Source of the DNA: Thermoproteota archaeon
GTDB lineage: Archaea > Thermoproteota > EX4484-205 > JAAOZP01
Direction of reading: 5' to 3'
NCBI GenBank assembly: GCA_049700215.1
Contig: JBNAVT010000017.1
Span: forward strand, 1 to 47,487
Length of the DNA: 47,487 nt
Shown here: in pieces, positions 1 to 9,595 of the stretch
How positions within the stretch are numbered: position 1 is the first letter of the stretch
How the letters are laid out: each line of letters opens with the position of its first letter
Made by a program: the position numbers and the translations under genes
The notes under the pieces: generated by a model
Database searches by the model: none
Seen by the model: the letters and a program-made list of their open reading frames with translations, nothing else
Told to the model about the DNA's origin: nothing

Positions 1-260
1 TCAAGCTTGCTGAAGCATTGAACCTTGCCGTCGTGGTTACTAACCAGGTGGTTGCAAACCCCGGGCAGTTTTTCGGCGACCCGAATAAGCCTGCCGGGGG
101 CAATGTTGTCGCCCACGCCAGCACCTACCGGATTTTCCTGAGGAAGGGTAAAGAGAACACTAGGGTAGCATACCTTTTCGACGCTCCCCACCTTCCCTAC
201 GGGGAGGCCCTGTTCATCGTCGGCGAGGGCGGGGTTATGGATGCACCCGGAGCTGGTTAA
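1..260 (+). CDS. radA: RadA recombinase, C-terminal part (truncated by window start)
   Basis: [20 protein letters not shown]....R..LRK..R.A...DAPHLP.GEA.F matches the archaeal RadA C-terminus. Confidence 0.9.
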   Translation, partial: KLAEALNLAVVVTNQVVANPGQFFGDPNKPAGGNVVAHASTYRIFLRKGKENTRVAYLFDAPHLPYGEALFIVGEGGVMDAPGAG

Positions 261-1062
261 GAAGTATTATGAGAACCTGAGCCTGCCCGGGTTCTTTCCC
301 TGGAGGCTGAGCCGGAAGCACGTTAGAATGGTTTTGCAAAACAGGAGGATGTTGAAGCTGAACACGCTTAGGAGCCGTATAGACACCTTTTCTTCTCTCC
401 GGAAGAACTGCGTGAAGCATGCTCCTGTTCAAGTCTACATGTCGGTTCTCAACTTCCTTTTCCCAGAGGAGGCTGGGTTGAGGAACACTGGCCGGCGTGC
501 CCACCCTATTGGAGGAGAGTACGTTATCGATGTTGATGATTTTCTTTTCAGGGGCGTTACTAGCCACGAGCATCCTCGAACATGGGTCTGCGACGCGTGC
601 CTCGAGGCTGCGAGGAGATACGCGATCGTGCTTAGCGAGCTTGTCGAGGAGAATTACAGTAATGTCACAATAGTTTTCAGCGGCTCACGCGGCTTCCATG
701 TTCATGTTCTCGACTTTGAGGCTGGGGACTGGGTTTCCCAGGGTGAGCAGGACCCGTTTAAGATCCAGGAGGCTGCTAGGCGTCGCTACACGCTCCATCT
801 TTCCAAGAGGCTGGACACGTGTTTCAACGGGCGGTGCTTCACTTTTTTCAACGACGCGACGCGGGTGGTTCCCGTTCCCCAGACGCTTAATGCTTCAACA
901 GGACTGGTGTGCAGGCTGATCGGCAGTAGGAGGGATCTGGAGGTGAAGAGCGTTACCCGCATACTTGACGAGGCCAACCCGGCGTTGACGATATGGCCTG
1001 TTACAATTCTTCTGGAGCATTACACTGGCTGCAGTAATCATGGAATCGCAGGCGGACTGTAG
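241..1062 (+). CDS. DNA primase small subunit-like (AEP superfamily) protein
   Basis: Motif I EYVIDVDD, Zn-like HEH..WVCDAC, motif [14 protein letters not shown], motif III-like [13 protein letters not shown]; 273 aa; overlaps radA end by 20 nt. Confidence 0.8.
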   Translation: MHPELVKKYYENLSLPGFFPWRLSRKHVRMVLQNRRMLKLNTLRSRIDTFSSLRKNCVKHAPVQVYMSVLNFLFPEEAGLRNTGRRAHPIGGEYVIDVDDFLFRGVTSHEHPRTWVCDACLEAARRYAIVLSELVEENYSNVTIVFSGSRGFHVHVLDFEAGDWVSQGEQDPFKIQEAARRRYTLHLSKRLDTCFNGRCFTFFNDATRVVPVPQTLNASTGLVCRLIGSRRDLEVKSVTRILDEANPALTIWPVTILLEHYTGCSNHGIAGGL

Positions 1063-1168
1063 ACAGGTGAACTGGGGATTAAAAAGACGGGTTTAGAGGA
1101 CGCTGGCAGTAATGTATGGTAATATAATCAAGGTTTATAAAAGTCCCAGCGAAACCCTAGTTGAAAAA

Positions 1169-2020
1169 ATGGCTGAAAAACATGCCGGCCCCTTCGCACT
1201 GTCAGTAACCGGGGCAGCGCTCATACTTACTGGTGTTCTTATTCTTGCGTTCAGCAGCCACTACCTGCCTCTTCTAACTGTCCTCCACCTAGCTACCCTG
1301 TTTCTTGCAGTAGTCATCCTACTGGGAGCATTGTTAACCGCCTCGGAGAATAGTAAGAGGGCTGTAGCCGGCTCAGCGATAGTACTAGCCTTCTCGACGG
1401 TTGTTCTCTGCTTCTCCCTGCTGCCTGTTTTCCTAAAGTATGCTGGAAGATACATGCCGTATGTTTTTACACCGGGCAACCTGGGGGCGTCAGGCCTCGT
1501 AGATTTCCTAGGAGGCTTCGTGCCCTCCGCTATAGGTATAGTGGGTGCTGTACTCTGCTTCTCCGGAGGCGTTCTCGGATTAAGAAGGAGGCCTCTGCTC
1601 ACGCCACCCTTATTGCCGAAGAAGCAGGTGGTTGAAACAGGAGAGTCAACGATCTGCCCTGAGTGCGGCGCAGTTAACAGTGCAGGCTACAAGTTCTGCT
1701 TTAAATGCGGCGCCAGGTTAACACCCTTGAAGCCGAAGAGGGTTGAGGAACCCATGACGGTGGAGCAGGAAGCATGCCCAGTCTGTGGTAAACCGTTGAC
1801 TGGAGAATCTAGGTTCTGCAGCCACTGTGGCACACCGCTATCCGGAGAGCAGCTTCCCCCGCCGCCTCCAGACATAGTGAGCAGGCTTGAAAGGCTGGAG
1901 GAAAGGATCACGTGGCTGGAGAAAACCATGGGGAAGCCTGAGCAGCCAGAAGGCGTGGAGGAAACCCGGGAGGAGGGCGAGGCTGGGGAAAGCATATTCG
2001 AAGACTATACTCCTGACTAA
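1169..2020 (+). CDS. Membrane protein with double zinc-ribbon domains and acidic tail
   Basis: About 4 TM segments, CPECG..CFKCG and CPVCG..CSHCG; ATG 1169 chosen because it follows TTTATAA at 1134-1140. Confidence 0.75.
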   Translation: MAEKHAGPFALSVTGAALILTGVLILAFSSHYLPLLTVLHLATLFLAVVILLGALLTASENSKRAVAGSAIVLAFSTVVLCFSLLPVFLKYAGRYMPYVFTPGNLGASGLVDFLGGFVPSAIGIVGAVLCFSGGVLGLRRRPLLTPPLLPKKQVVETGESTICPECGAVNSAGYKFCFKCGARLTPLKPKRVEEPMTVEQEACPVCGKPLTGESRFCSHCGTPLSGEQLPPPPPDIVSRLERLEERITWLEKTMGKPEQPEGVEETREEGEAGESIFEDYTPD

Positions 2021-2091
2021 CGTTAAGGCTTAACACTCCTGGTTTCCCTGCAGGGGGCGAGCTAGGAAAACCCTGTCTGCACGCGCCGGGT

Positions 2092-3492
2092 TTAGGCTTT
2101 AAGCCTCTCCGAGACCACGTGGCCCACATAGAGGCCTGAGGCTGCTGCTTGAGACAGGCCCCTCGTTATTCCCGCGCCGTCTCCGACTGCGAACAGGTTT
2201 TTAACAGGAGTCTCGCCATGCTCGTTAACCTCAACCCTTGAGGAGTAGAACTTGGCTTCAACACCGTAGAGAAGCGTGTCGTGCTTCGAGAAGATCCCGG
2301 GGATTAGGCGGTCCATAGCCCTGAGCATTTCAACAATGTTGGAGAGAATCCTGTAGGGCAGGATGAAGCTCAGGTCTCCCGGTGTAGCGTCGGGCAGCGT
2401 CGGGGTTATCAGGCTCCTGCTGAGACGCTCGTGCGTAGACCTTCTTCCCTGAAGGAGGTCGCCTAGTCTTTGAACAACAACGCCGTTTGAAATAAGGTTT
2501 GCAAGCTTAGCTATCGACATCCCGTATTCGATGGGCTCTTTAAAGGGCTCTGTGAAATCCGTTGAAACAAGCACTGCAAAATTAGTGTTGTCAGTCCTGT
2601 AACTGTTGTAGCTGTGGCCGTTCACGGTGACAATCCCCTCGTAGAACTCTGTTAAAACCTCTCCATGCGGGTTGACGCAGAACGTCCTAACATTGTCGTC
2701 AAACCTTTTCGAAACGTACTTCAGCTTCGGCTCGTAGAGGTCTCGAGTAATACTGTCCATTATCTCTGCCGGAACCTCCACTCTAACACCTAGGTCAACC
2801 GGGTTGCGCCTCATAGGGATATTAAGCCTGGTGAACTCTTTCCTCAACCATCCTGCCCCAGACCTGCCTGGAGCGACTACGATGAACCGTCCGAAAACGT
2901 TTTCACCGTTCTTCGTCTTAACACCCTTGGCGAAACCGTTTTCAACAATGAAGCTTTCAACCTCAGTCATAACCTTTACTTCAACACTCTTCTCAAGATC
3001 CTCCTTCATCCGGCTCAGTATTTTGAACGCGAGGTCTGACCCCATGTGTCTAACAGGGTTCTTCTGAAGCTTCAGGCCCACTAGGCTAGCCTTCCTCCTC
3101 CACTCCTCGAAGGAATCCTCATCCTCCCCGTAAACCTTCTCAGGTGCCCCGTAGCTCAGGAAAACATCGTCAACCTTCTTTATGTATTGACGCGCCTTCT
3201 CGGATGATAAGACCTCTGGAAGCCAGCCTCCAACCTCCGGGTCGAGCGTTATCTTCCCGTCGGAGAAGGCTCCTGCACCTCCCCAGCCGCTGTAAATATT
3301 GCATACGCCGCACCTGACGCAGAGCTTGTTAAGCCTCCTCGCAGGACATGTTCTATCACGAATGTCACGCCCCTTTTCAAGAATCAGGATGGACGCATTG
3401 GGAAGGGTTTCGAGCACGCTTAACGCGCAGAATATTCCCGCCGGGCCTCCTCCCACTATTATCACGTCATGCAATACTGCTTCCTTTTCCAA
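2092..3492 (-). CDS. NAD(P)/FAD-dependent oxidoreductase (uncharacterised FAD-dependent dehydrogenase)
   Basis: VIIVGGGPAG Rossmann motif, GWGGAGAFSDGK, C-terminal GDGAGITRGL. Confidence 0.85.
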   Translation of the reverse strand: MEKEAVLHDVIIVGGGPAGIFCALSVLETLPNASILILEKGRDIRDRTCPARRLNKLCVRCGVCNIYSGWGGAGAFSDGKITLDPEVGGWLPEVLSSEKARQYIKKVDDVFLSYGAPEKVYGEDEDSFEEWRRKASLVGLKLQKNPVRHMGSDLAFKILSRMKEDLEKSVEVKVMTEVESFIVENGFAKGVKTKNGENVFGRFIVVAPGRSGAGWLRKEFTRLNIPMRRNPVDLGVRVEVPAEIMDSITRDLYEPKLKYVSKRFDDNVRTFCVNPHGEVLTEFYEGIVTVNGHSYNSYRTDNTNFAVLVSTDFTEPFKEPIEYGMSIAKLANLISNGVVVQRLGDLLQGRRSTHERLSRSLITPTLPDATPGDLSFILPYRILSNIVEMLRAMDRLIPGIFSKHDTLLYGVEAKFYSSRVEVNEHGETPVKNLFAVGDGAGITRGLSQAAASGLYVGHVVSERLKA

Positions 3493-3531
3493 ACCCTCTT
3501 AAACTGATACTTTTAAGTTTACCGTTTACGG

Positions 3532-4440
3532 GTGGACATCGGCTTGAGGAGAATCGGGATAATAGGCTCCGGGAAAGTCGGGTGCTCAGCAGCCTCATTC
3601 CTACTGGCGGAGGCTGATGAAATATTGCTTTACGACATAGTGCCTAGGCTTCCAGCCGGAGAAGCCTTGGACCTGCAGAACGCGGCTGAAGCCCTTGGTT
3701 TAAACGTTCAGGTCAAGGGGACTAGCAACCTCTCGCTGCTTCACGGCCTAGACGTTGTTATCGTGACGGCGGGGTTTGGAAGAACCCCGGGGATGAGCAG
3801 GATGGACCTTTTGAACAAGAACCTGCCGATAATAGAGGGCATAGCCAGGGAATACGCTGGTGGAGACGGTGGAACAGTCTTCATAATCGTTACGAACCCT
3901 GTCGACGTTTTAACATATGTTTTCTGGAGGAGAAGCGGTGTTGAGAGGCACAGGGTAGCTGGCTTAAGCGGCGTCCTTGATTCAAGCCGTTTAAAAACGA
4001 TAATGAGGAGCAGGGGAATCAGGGTAAGCGGCCTGAGCTCGTTCGTCCTCGGGGAGCACGGTGAGAACATGGTGATCCTCAGGGACAGGATGCGCGAGGA
4101 ATACGGGTTGAGCGATACAGAGCTAGACACGGTTCAGAGCGAGACTGTTAAGGCAGCCGCCGAGATAATAAGCATGAAGGGAGCCACGGTCCACGGGCCG
4201 GGCGCGTCAATAGCCAGAATGGTTAAGGCAGTGTTGTCCGACAGCAGGGAGATCCTGCCTGCTTCAGCCGTTTTAAACGGTGAGTACGGTATTAGGAACG
4301 TCTGCCTGGGTGTTCCGGTTGAAGCTGGGAGGAACGGTTTTAGAATCGTTCAGGAGAAGCTGGGCGAGAATGAGGAGTCCCTGCTGAGAAAAGCCGCGGA
4401 AAACGTTTCAAAGGCTTTGGAGCAAATAGGTTACGGCTAG
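3532..4440 (+). CDS. mdh: Malate dehydrogenase (LDH-like family)
   Basis: IGIIGSGKVG, TAGFGRTPGMSRMDL (R typical of MDH), TNPVD, LDSSR, GEHG. Confidence 0.85.
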   Translation: MDIGLRRIGIIGSGKVGCSAASFLLAEADEILLYDIVPRLPAGEALDLQNAAEALGLNVQVKGTSNLSLLHGLDVVIVTAGFGRTPGMSRMDLLNKNLPIIEGIAREYAGGDGGTVFIIVTNPVDVLTYVFWRRSGVERHRVAGLSGVLDSSRLKTIMRSRGIRVSGLSSFVLGEHGENMVILRDRMREEYGLSDTELDTVQSETVKAAAEIISMKGATVHGPGASIARMVKAVLSDSREILPASAVLNGEYGIRNVCLGVPVEAGRNGFRIVQEKLGENEESLLRKAAENVSKALEQIGYG

Positions 4441-4477
4441 CAGCAGTGGACAGCTTATAGAAGCATGCTTTAAGACT

Positions 4478-4724
4478 TCACTGCGCAACCGGTTTTTCCC
4501 AATACTGTTGAGCTATTTCAAAGAAGTTTTCAAGAATCCTTTTTCCATCAGGATGCTCCTCGTCGAAGATTTGCGGGTGAAACTGCACCCCGTATAGCGG
4601 GCGCATCCTATGCTTCATCGCCTGAATACGGCATTCCTCCGTAGAAGCTAGGAGGTCGAAGCCCGGGGGAAGCTCCTTAACCTCACAGTAATGGTTCTCG
4701 TCAACGTGGATAACGTCCCCAAGG
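4478..4724 (-). pseudogene. C-terminal fragment of a class I glutamine amidotransferase
   Basis: Manual translation LGDVIHVDENHYCEVKELPPGFDLLASTEECRIQAMKHRMRPLYGVQFHPQ...GKRILENFF; no start, N-terminal half missing. Confidence 0.75.
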
Positions 4725-4824
4725 CGCGCGCGCTTTTCTCATTTTGTGGTAGAGTCTTAACTAAAAATAACACAAATTGCATTAAATGTAGCAGAAAGCG
4801 TCCGCCTCGCACCTAAAAAGGGAG

Positions 4825-4915
4825 TGGACCGGGTGGGAGTCGAACCCACGACCCCCCGCATTCTGGCCTTTTTCTGGGTCGCCAAGCGGGTATTCTACCA
4901 CTGAACTACCGGCCC
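4825..4915 (-). tRNA. tRNA-Ala(GGC) with 19-nt intron at 37/38 (intron 4861-4879)
   Basis: GGGCCGG/CCGGTCC acceptor with G3:U70, CCCGC-TTGGCG[intron]T-GCGGG, TTCGA T-loop; BHB helix TTGG/CCAG; TATA-like element at about 4941-4948. Confidence 0.95.
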
Positions 4916-5053
4916 CGGCATTAACCTTGTTTCCTGATGATATTTAAGTTTTAAGTTTCCATTAGTCTCGGATGAATCCGGATGCGAGTCTGAAGTTTTT
5001 GACAGTAATGCTTAAGGCAGTTCAGAGCAGGCTGTGAAAGAGAGGCGGATAAA

Positions 5054-5766
5054 ATGGAGCATGTGATTAAACCCTGGGGATTGAAAGTGGGTGATACTGT
5101 TGGCATGGTTTCTCCTTCAGAACCAGTTACTGAAGATCTACGCGGATAATTGATAGGGGTGGAAACGCTTGAAACTTTTGGGCTTAAAGTTAAACTTGGA
5201 AAACATGTTTTTGATAGATACCACTATAATGCTGGAACAAGAGAAGCACGGATAGAGGATTTTAACACTATGTGGGAGGACCCGGAAGTAAAAATGATCT
5301 TGGTGTCTCAAGGCGGCCAAACTGCGAATCATTTGCTTGACGGTGTTGATTACAGGATGATGCGGAAAACGCCTAAAATCTTCACTGGGGTTTCTGGCGG
5401 CACAACCCTGTTAAACATATCTTCGCAAAAACGGGTATTGCAACATATCATGGCCCAGTTCTTCTGTGGATGTTTTGTAGAAAAATTACGGAGCCCTTTA
5501 GAGGCAATTTCGTGAAAACGCTTTTTGACGGTAATGTTGGCCGCCCGTTGCCAAATCCTAAATGGGAGCATCAAGAAAAGCCTGAACTAACGCATAGTGG
5601 ATGGGCTTGTTTAAGAAGTGGAAAAGCCACGCGCACGCTTTTTATACGATTAAAATGTTTCCGAACCGTTCAAAAGCAGGGGTTGTGGCGGATTGATGGA
5701 GCGGTAAACCAGCGGGAGATAGTTGGGTTAAAACTCAGTAAGTCTTCCATGCCAGACACGGTCTAA
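5054..5766 (+). pseudogene. LD-carboxypeptidase (peptidase S66/MccF-like) pseudogene
   Basis: IKP..LKVGDTVGMVSPS, AGTREARIEDFN.MW.DP, PKIFTG.S; in-frame TAA 5147-5149, frameshift near 5420-5470, GYSD motif degraded to GVSG. Confidence 0.8.
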
Positions 5767-5876
5767 CCTCGCTTTTAACCCTGCATAAGGGGGTTTAAAC
5801 CCATTTTTAGGAAGGTTGCTAAGACTTCTAAAGAAAGAAAATCCATAAAAACCCTTTTGAAGCGTCTAACCCGTAG

Positions 5877-6188
5877 TTGGTGAACAGGGCGAGGATAAAG
5901 ATAGTGAGCAACGAGCTGAGTGATCTTCAGACAGTAGTGGACCAGATACTTAAGATAGCTAGGGAGAATAATGTTAGGGTTTCAGGCCCGATTCCTCTCC
6001 CAAGGAAGGTTTTGAAGGTTACTACTCAGAAGAACCCTAGTGGGCAGGGCACGATAACCTGGGACAAGTTTGAGATGCGCTTTTACAGGAGGCTTATCTA
6101 TCTTGGGCTTAACGATAAGGCTCTTCGAGCCTTGACTACGATACGGATTCCGCAGAACGTTATAATTACTCTCGACCTAATCTCTTGA
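5877..6188 (+). CDS. rps10: 30S ribosomal protein uS10
   Basis: ARIKI, SGPIPLP, K.PSGQGT.TWDKFEMR..RR; 103 aa. Confidence 0.95.
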   Translation: MVNRARIKIVSNELSDLQTVVDQILKIARENNVRVSGPIPLPRKVLKVTTQKNPSGQGTITWDKFEMRFYRRLIYLGLNDKALRALTTIRIPQNVIITLDLIS

Positions 6189-6899
6189 AAAGCCTATTCT
6201 ACTCTTAACCATGAACAGGAGTATTTTCAAACCGTCTTTAAGCGGGTTCAGCTTTGAGAAGCCTATCCTACTGTAGTATCTTATCCCGACCTCTGTTATT
6301 CTAAGGCCTTTCCTGCATGCTTCGGTTAACACTTCCGTCGAAAAGGGCATGCCGTTCTCCCTGAGCCTCATACTCAGGTAGGCTTCTCTCGAGAATGCTT
6401 TCATACCCGTCTGCGTGTCCCCGATCCTCCTGAGGAAAAGCATTGAGAAAACAGTGTTCACGATGAAGTTGCCAATGTATCTCGGGGTGCTCATTCCCGC
6501 CGGCTTGCTGCTGAACCTTCGGCCCGTGGCGACATCCGTCTCCCCATTCTTCACGATGTCGATGAGCCTCTTTAAGTCAGCCGGGTCGTAGGTTCCGTCT
6601 CCATCCATGAAGGCTAGAATCCTGCCTCCGGCTGTTTCAAGGCCTTTTCTTATCGCTGCCCCATACCCCTTCCTCTCTTGCTTAACGACGCGCGCCCCTA
6701 GGGATGAGGCTATTTCAGCGGTTTTATCGTCGCTGGAGTCTACGACTATTATCTCCGCCCCGGGTAAGCTTCTTCTAACGCGTTCTATAACTAGCCCTAT
6801 GGATTTCTCCTCGTTCAGGGTCGGAATGATTATGGAGACGTCGCTGTGGTCCTGCAACCGGATTATGTTCCTCTTCACCGGGCAAAATGCGTTTATCAC
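6177..6899 (-). CDS. Glycosyltransferase family 2 (Dol-P-mannose synthase-like)
   Basis: SIIIPTLNEE, VVD.S.D.T, GYGAA, FMDGDGTYDP, DTQTGMKAF; start uncertain. Confidence 0.85.
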   Translation of the reverse strand: MINAFCPVKRNIIRLQDHSDVSIIIPTLNEEKSIGLVIERVRRSLPGAEIIVVDSSDDKTAEIASSLGARVVKQERKGYGAAIRKGLETAGGRILAFMDGDGTYDPADLKRLIDIVKNGETDVATGRRFSSKPAGMSTPRYIGNFIVNTVFSMLFLRRIGDTQTGMKAFSREAYLSMRLRENGMPFSTEVLTEACRKGLRITEVGIRYYSRIGFSKLNPLKDGLKILLFMVKSRIGFSRD

Positions 6900-6987
6900 T
6901 TGAAACGCTTCAAACCCATTGATCTCGCTGAAAAACTTTCCTTGAATCTTCTTCTCCTATTTTCAATTCATTTTTGCCGAAAAATCT

Positions 6988-8622
6988 TTAAAAAGCCTTT
7001 TTTAAATCGTTCTCGGTAATATTCAGTTCTTTTAAAACTAAATCTCTTATTTTAGGGAGGTATAGGAGAGCCATGGGCATGTTTTCAGTGCCAATGTCCA
7101 AAACATACTCTCTAACAGCCTCGTAGAGCGTCTGCACACCGCTGTCGCTAGAAAGGGCAATCGAGCCCCGGTTCTCTACTGTGAAAAACAGTCCAGCCTC
7201 CCTGCATGCTTTAACGTATCTCAGGATGAAGGAGTTGACGAAGTTCTGCGCTGTGCGTCTGCTCCATTTCATCCGGAAATGCGGGTGGTTGGATACTAGG
7301 AAACCCGCCAGATCCTTCTGCTGAACCGTCTTACCTTCTGTTAAACCAGGGTTCTGCAGTTCTAGGAACGCCTTGCAGACCATTATGAAAAGAGGGATTG
7401 GCGAGACGTTCTCCAGGTCGACTGCTTTCCTGCTGCCAGCCGGCATCGGCCTAGGGCCGAGGATGAACCCTGCTAAGTCGCTCAGCGAGAAATCCTTATG
7501 GTTCTCCCATAGCCTAAGGATTTCTTCGGCAAGCCTTTTCGAGAACGAGGTGTTTAGGCTGCTGATTGTCTGCGACGGCCTTATGTGTTTAAGCTCCTTC
7601 CTTAATTCTTCAATCGCCCCGCTGCTTGAAACAGTCATCTTCTCGATTATTCTAGTCAATACTTTTATCGCGTTATCCTGTTTCTCAATAGTCTTCTTGC
7701 TTATGTCAACATCCCTCCTAATCCCCTCCAGTATGCTTAGCAAATCATCCATCGTCGCCTCCCCCTCGCTCCTGGTTTCAAACTGGCCGAGGGAGAACTG
7801 TTTCACCCTGGAGTCCATCAGCTGAGTGTTTATGCTTAGAAGGAAAACTCCTGTGACTATCTTCGGGAAAACACTGTCGTAATCCGTGTAGCTAAGCCTG
7901 ATTATTTCAGCGCCCCCGGTCAGGGAGAAGAATACTACAGCAATATACGTTAAGAACATCATTATGTAGATGCTCGTCCTATAGTTCAGAGCAACCTCTG
8001 CAGACAAGTAGAGGAAGATCAGCTCGAGGAAGAAGATGAACGTCTCGTACATGAACCATTGCGTCAGGTAGCGCGGGAGGAGGATATCCGATAAGACGAA
8101 TGAAATTATGCTTGAGAAGCCTATTACTAGTGTTCCCGCGTACAGCAGGAGCCTCACGGTCCTCCTGTCCTCGAAGGGGGAGACGAGTATTCGGATCTGG
8201 AATATGAATATTTTAGCCAGAACCGATAGGATTAGGAAGACCGTCAGCATTGAGATCACGCCCCTAAGGTTCTGAAAGTAGGGCAGGCTGGGCTTACCAA
8301 GGTAGAAAAGGACGGCGACGAAAATCATGAGAATGGGGAGGACAGTGTATGACGTTACCCGGAGGCTTTCAACCAGTGTTAGGAAAGGGTTTGACCTGCT
8401 TCTCTCAAGCCTGAGCTTATCCGCCCCGCCCACTATGAGGGTCGCAACCAGGACGATTGTTCCAGCCTGAAGCATTGGGACAGCTAGGAAGAACTTGGCG
8501 ACGTCGAGCAGGATGGATATGGAGAAAAGGTTTATCGTGACTAGGAGCAGGATTATATATAGCTTGCTGAAGCCGCGCTGCCTCAGACGGTAGAACTCCA
8601 CTACCTCCCTCGGATTAATCAA
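6988..8622 (-). CDS. Hypothetical polytopic membrane protein with coiled coil and soluble C-terminal domain
   Basis: 544-aa ORF; about 8 hydrophobic segments in the N-half, heptad region near aa 290-350. Confidence 0.7.
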   Translation of the reverse strand: MINPREVVEFYRLRQRGFSKLYIILLLVTINLFSISILLDVAKFFLAVPMLQAGTIVLVATLIVGGADKLRLERSRSNPFLTLVESLRVTSYTVLPILMIFVAVLFYLGKPSLPYFQNLRGVISMLTVFLILSVLAKIFIFQIRILVSPFEDRRTVRLLLYAGTLVIGFSSIISFVLSDILLPRYLTQWFMYETFIFFLELIFLYLSAEVALNYRTSIYIMMFLTYIAVVFFSLTGGAEIIRLSYTDYDSVFPKIVTGVFLLSINTQLMDSRVKQFSLGQFETRSEGEATMDDLLSILEGIRRDVDISKKTIEKQDNAIKVLTRIIEKMTVSSSGAIEELRKELKHIRPSQTISSLNTSFSKRLAEEILRLWENHKDFSLSDLAGFILGPRPMPAGSRKAVDLENVSPIPLFIMVCKAFLELQNPGLTEGKTVQQKDLAGFLVSNHPHFRMKWSRRTAQNFVNSFILRYVKACREAGLFFTVENRGSIALSSDSGVQTLYEAVREYVLDIGTENMPMALLYLPKIRDLVLKELNITENDLKKAF

Positions 8623-8729
8623 CCCTGGGCGGACCCCACTCTTGGAGTATGTGTTTCAACGCTTATTTATTTTTTCAGGCGGCTTTCAACCCGGTAAAGC
8701 TTATCTACGGGCTCTTTGGAAAACTTTCC

Positions 8730-9578
8730 ATGCCCAGGATCAGGGAGGTTAAAATAGGGATAATAGGCGGCTCAGGGCTCTACACTCTTCTCGAGGCGGT
8801 TGGACACAGGATTGTTGAAACCCCTTTCGGAAAAACACCCCGTATAGAGCTGGGATATATTGGGGATAAGGCTGTCGCCTTCCTGCCGAGACACTCTAAG
8901 CCGGGTAGCCTCAGGGTTTCCCACGCTGTCCCGCCTTCCGAGATAAACTATAGGGCCAACATTTACGGCTTGAAGAAGCTTGGCGTTGAAAGAATCTTCA
9001 CAACCCAGGCGGCCGGCTCGATAAACCCGAGTATTAAGCCTGGCGAATTCGTTATCGTCGACCAGGTTATAGATGCGACTAAGAGGAGAATACCGACCTT
9101 TTTCAATGGCAGGACTAGGATCAGGGTCTTCAAGGATAAGCCTCCAGTCGGCGGCGTGGTGCACATTGATTTCACGAATCCCTACTGCCCTGAGCTCAGG
9201 GAAGTTTTAAAGAGGTCCTGCGAGGAGGAGAACATTTTCTTCCACCCCAGGGGGACTTACATATGCACGGAGGGGCCGAGGTTCGAGTCCCCGGCTGAGA
9301 TCGCGGCCTACAGGATGTGGGGTGCCGACGTCGTCGGGATGACGGGCTACCCGGAAGTAGCCCTGGCTAGGGAGCTGGGAATATGCTACGCGAGCATAGT
9401 TATGTCGACCAACTATGCTGCGGGCACGGGGCCGGTGAAGATCACGCACGAAGAGGTTAAGGAGATATTTAACAGGAACATTGACAATGTTAGGAGACTG
9501 CTGGCGCGGGCTGTTAAAAACACGCCTGACGAGAGGATGTGCGAATGCGCCAAGTCGCTTGAGGGAGCGACCGCGTAG
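8730..9578 (+). CDS. mtnP: S-methyl-5'-thioadenosine phosphorylase
   Basis: IGIIGGSG, FLPRH, NYRANI, EGPRFES.AE, VVGMT..PE..LARE, TNYAAG (MTAP/MTIP family); ATG 8730 is the likely start. Confidence 0.85.
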   Translation: MPRIREVKIGIIGGSGLYTLLEAVGHRIVETPFGKTPRIELGYIGDKAVAFLPRHSKPGSLRVSHAVPPSEINYRANIYGLKKLGVERIFTTQAAGSINPSIKPGEFVIVDQVIDATKRRIPTFFNGRTRIRVFKDKPPVGGVVHIDFTNPYCPELREVLKRSCEEENIFFHPRGTYICTEGPRFESPAEIAAYRMWGADVVGMTGYPEVALARELGICYASIVMSTNYAAGTGPVKITHEEVKEIFNRNIDNVRRLLARAVKNTPDERMCECAKSLEGATA

Positions 9579-9595
9579 GGAAGAGAGGATTAGCC

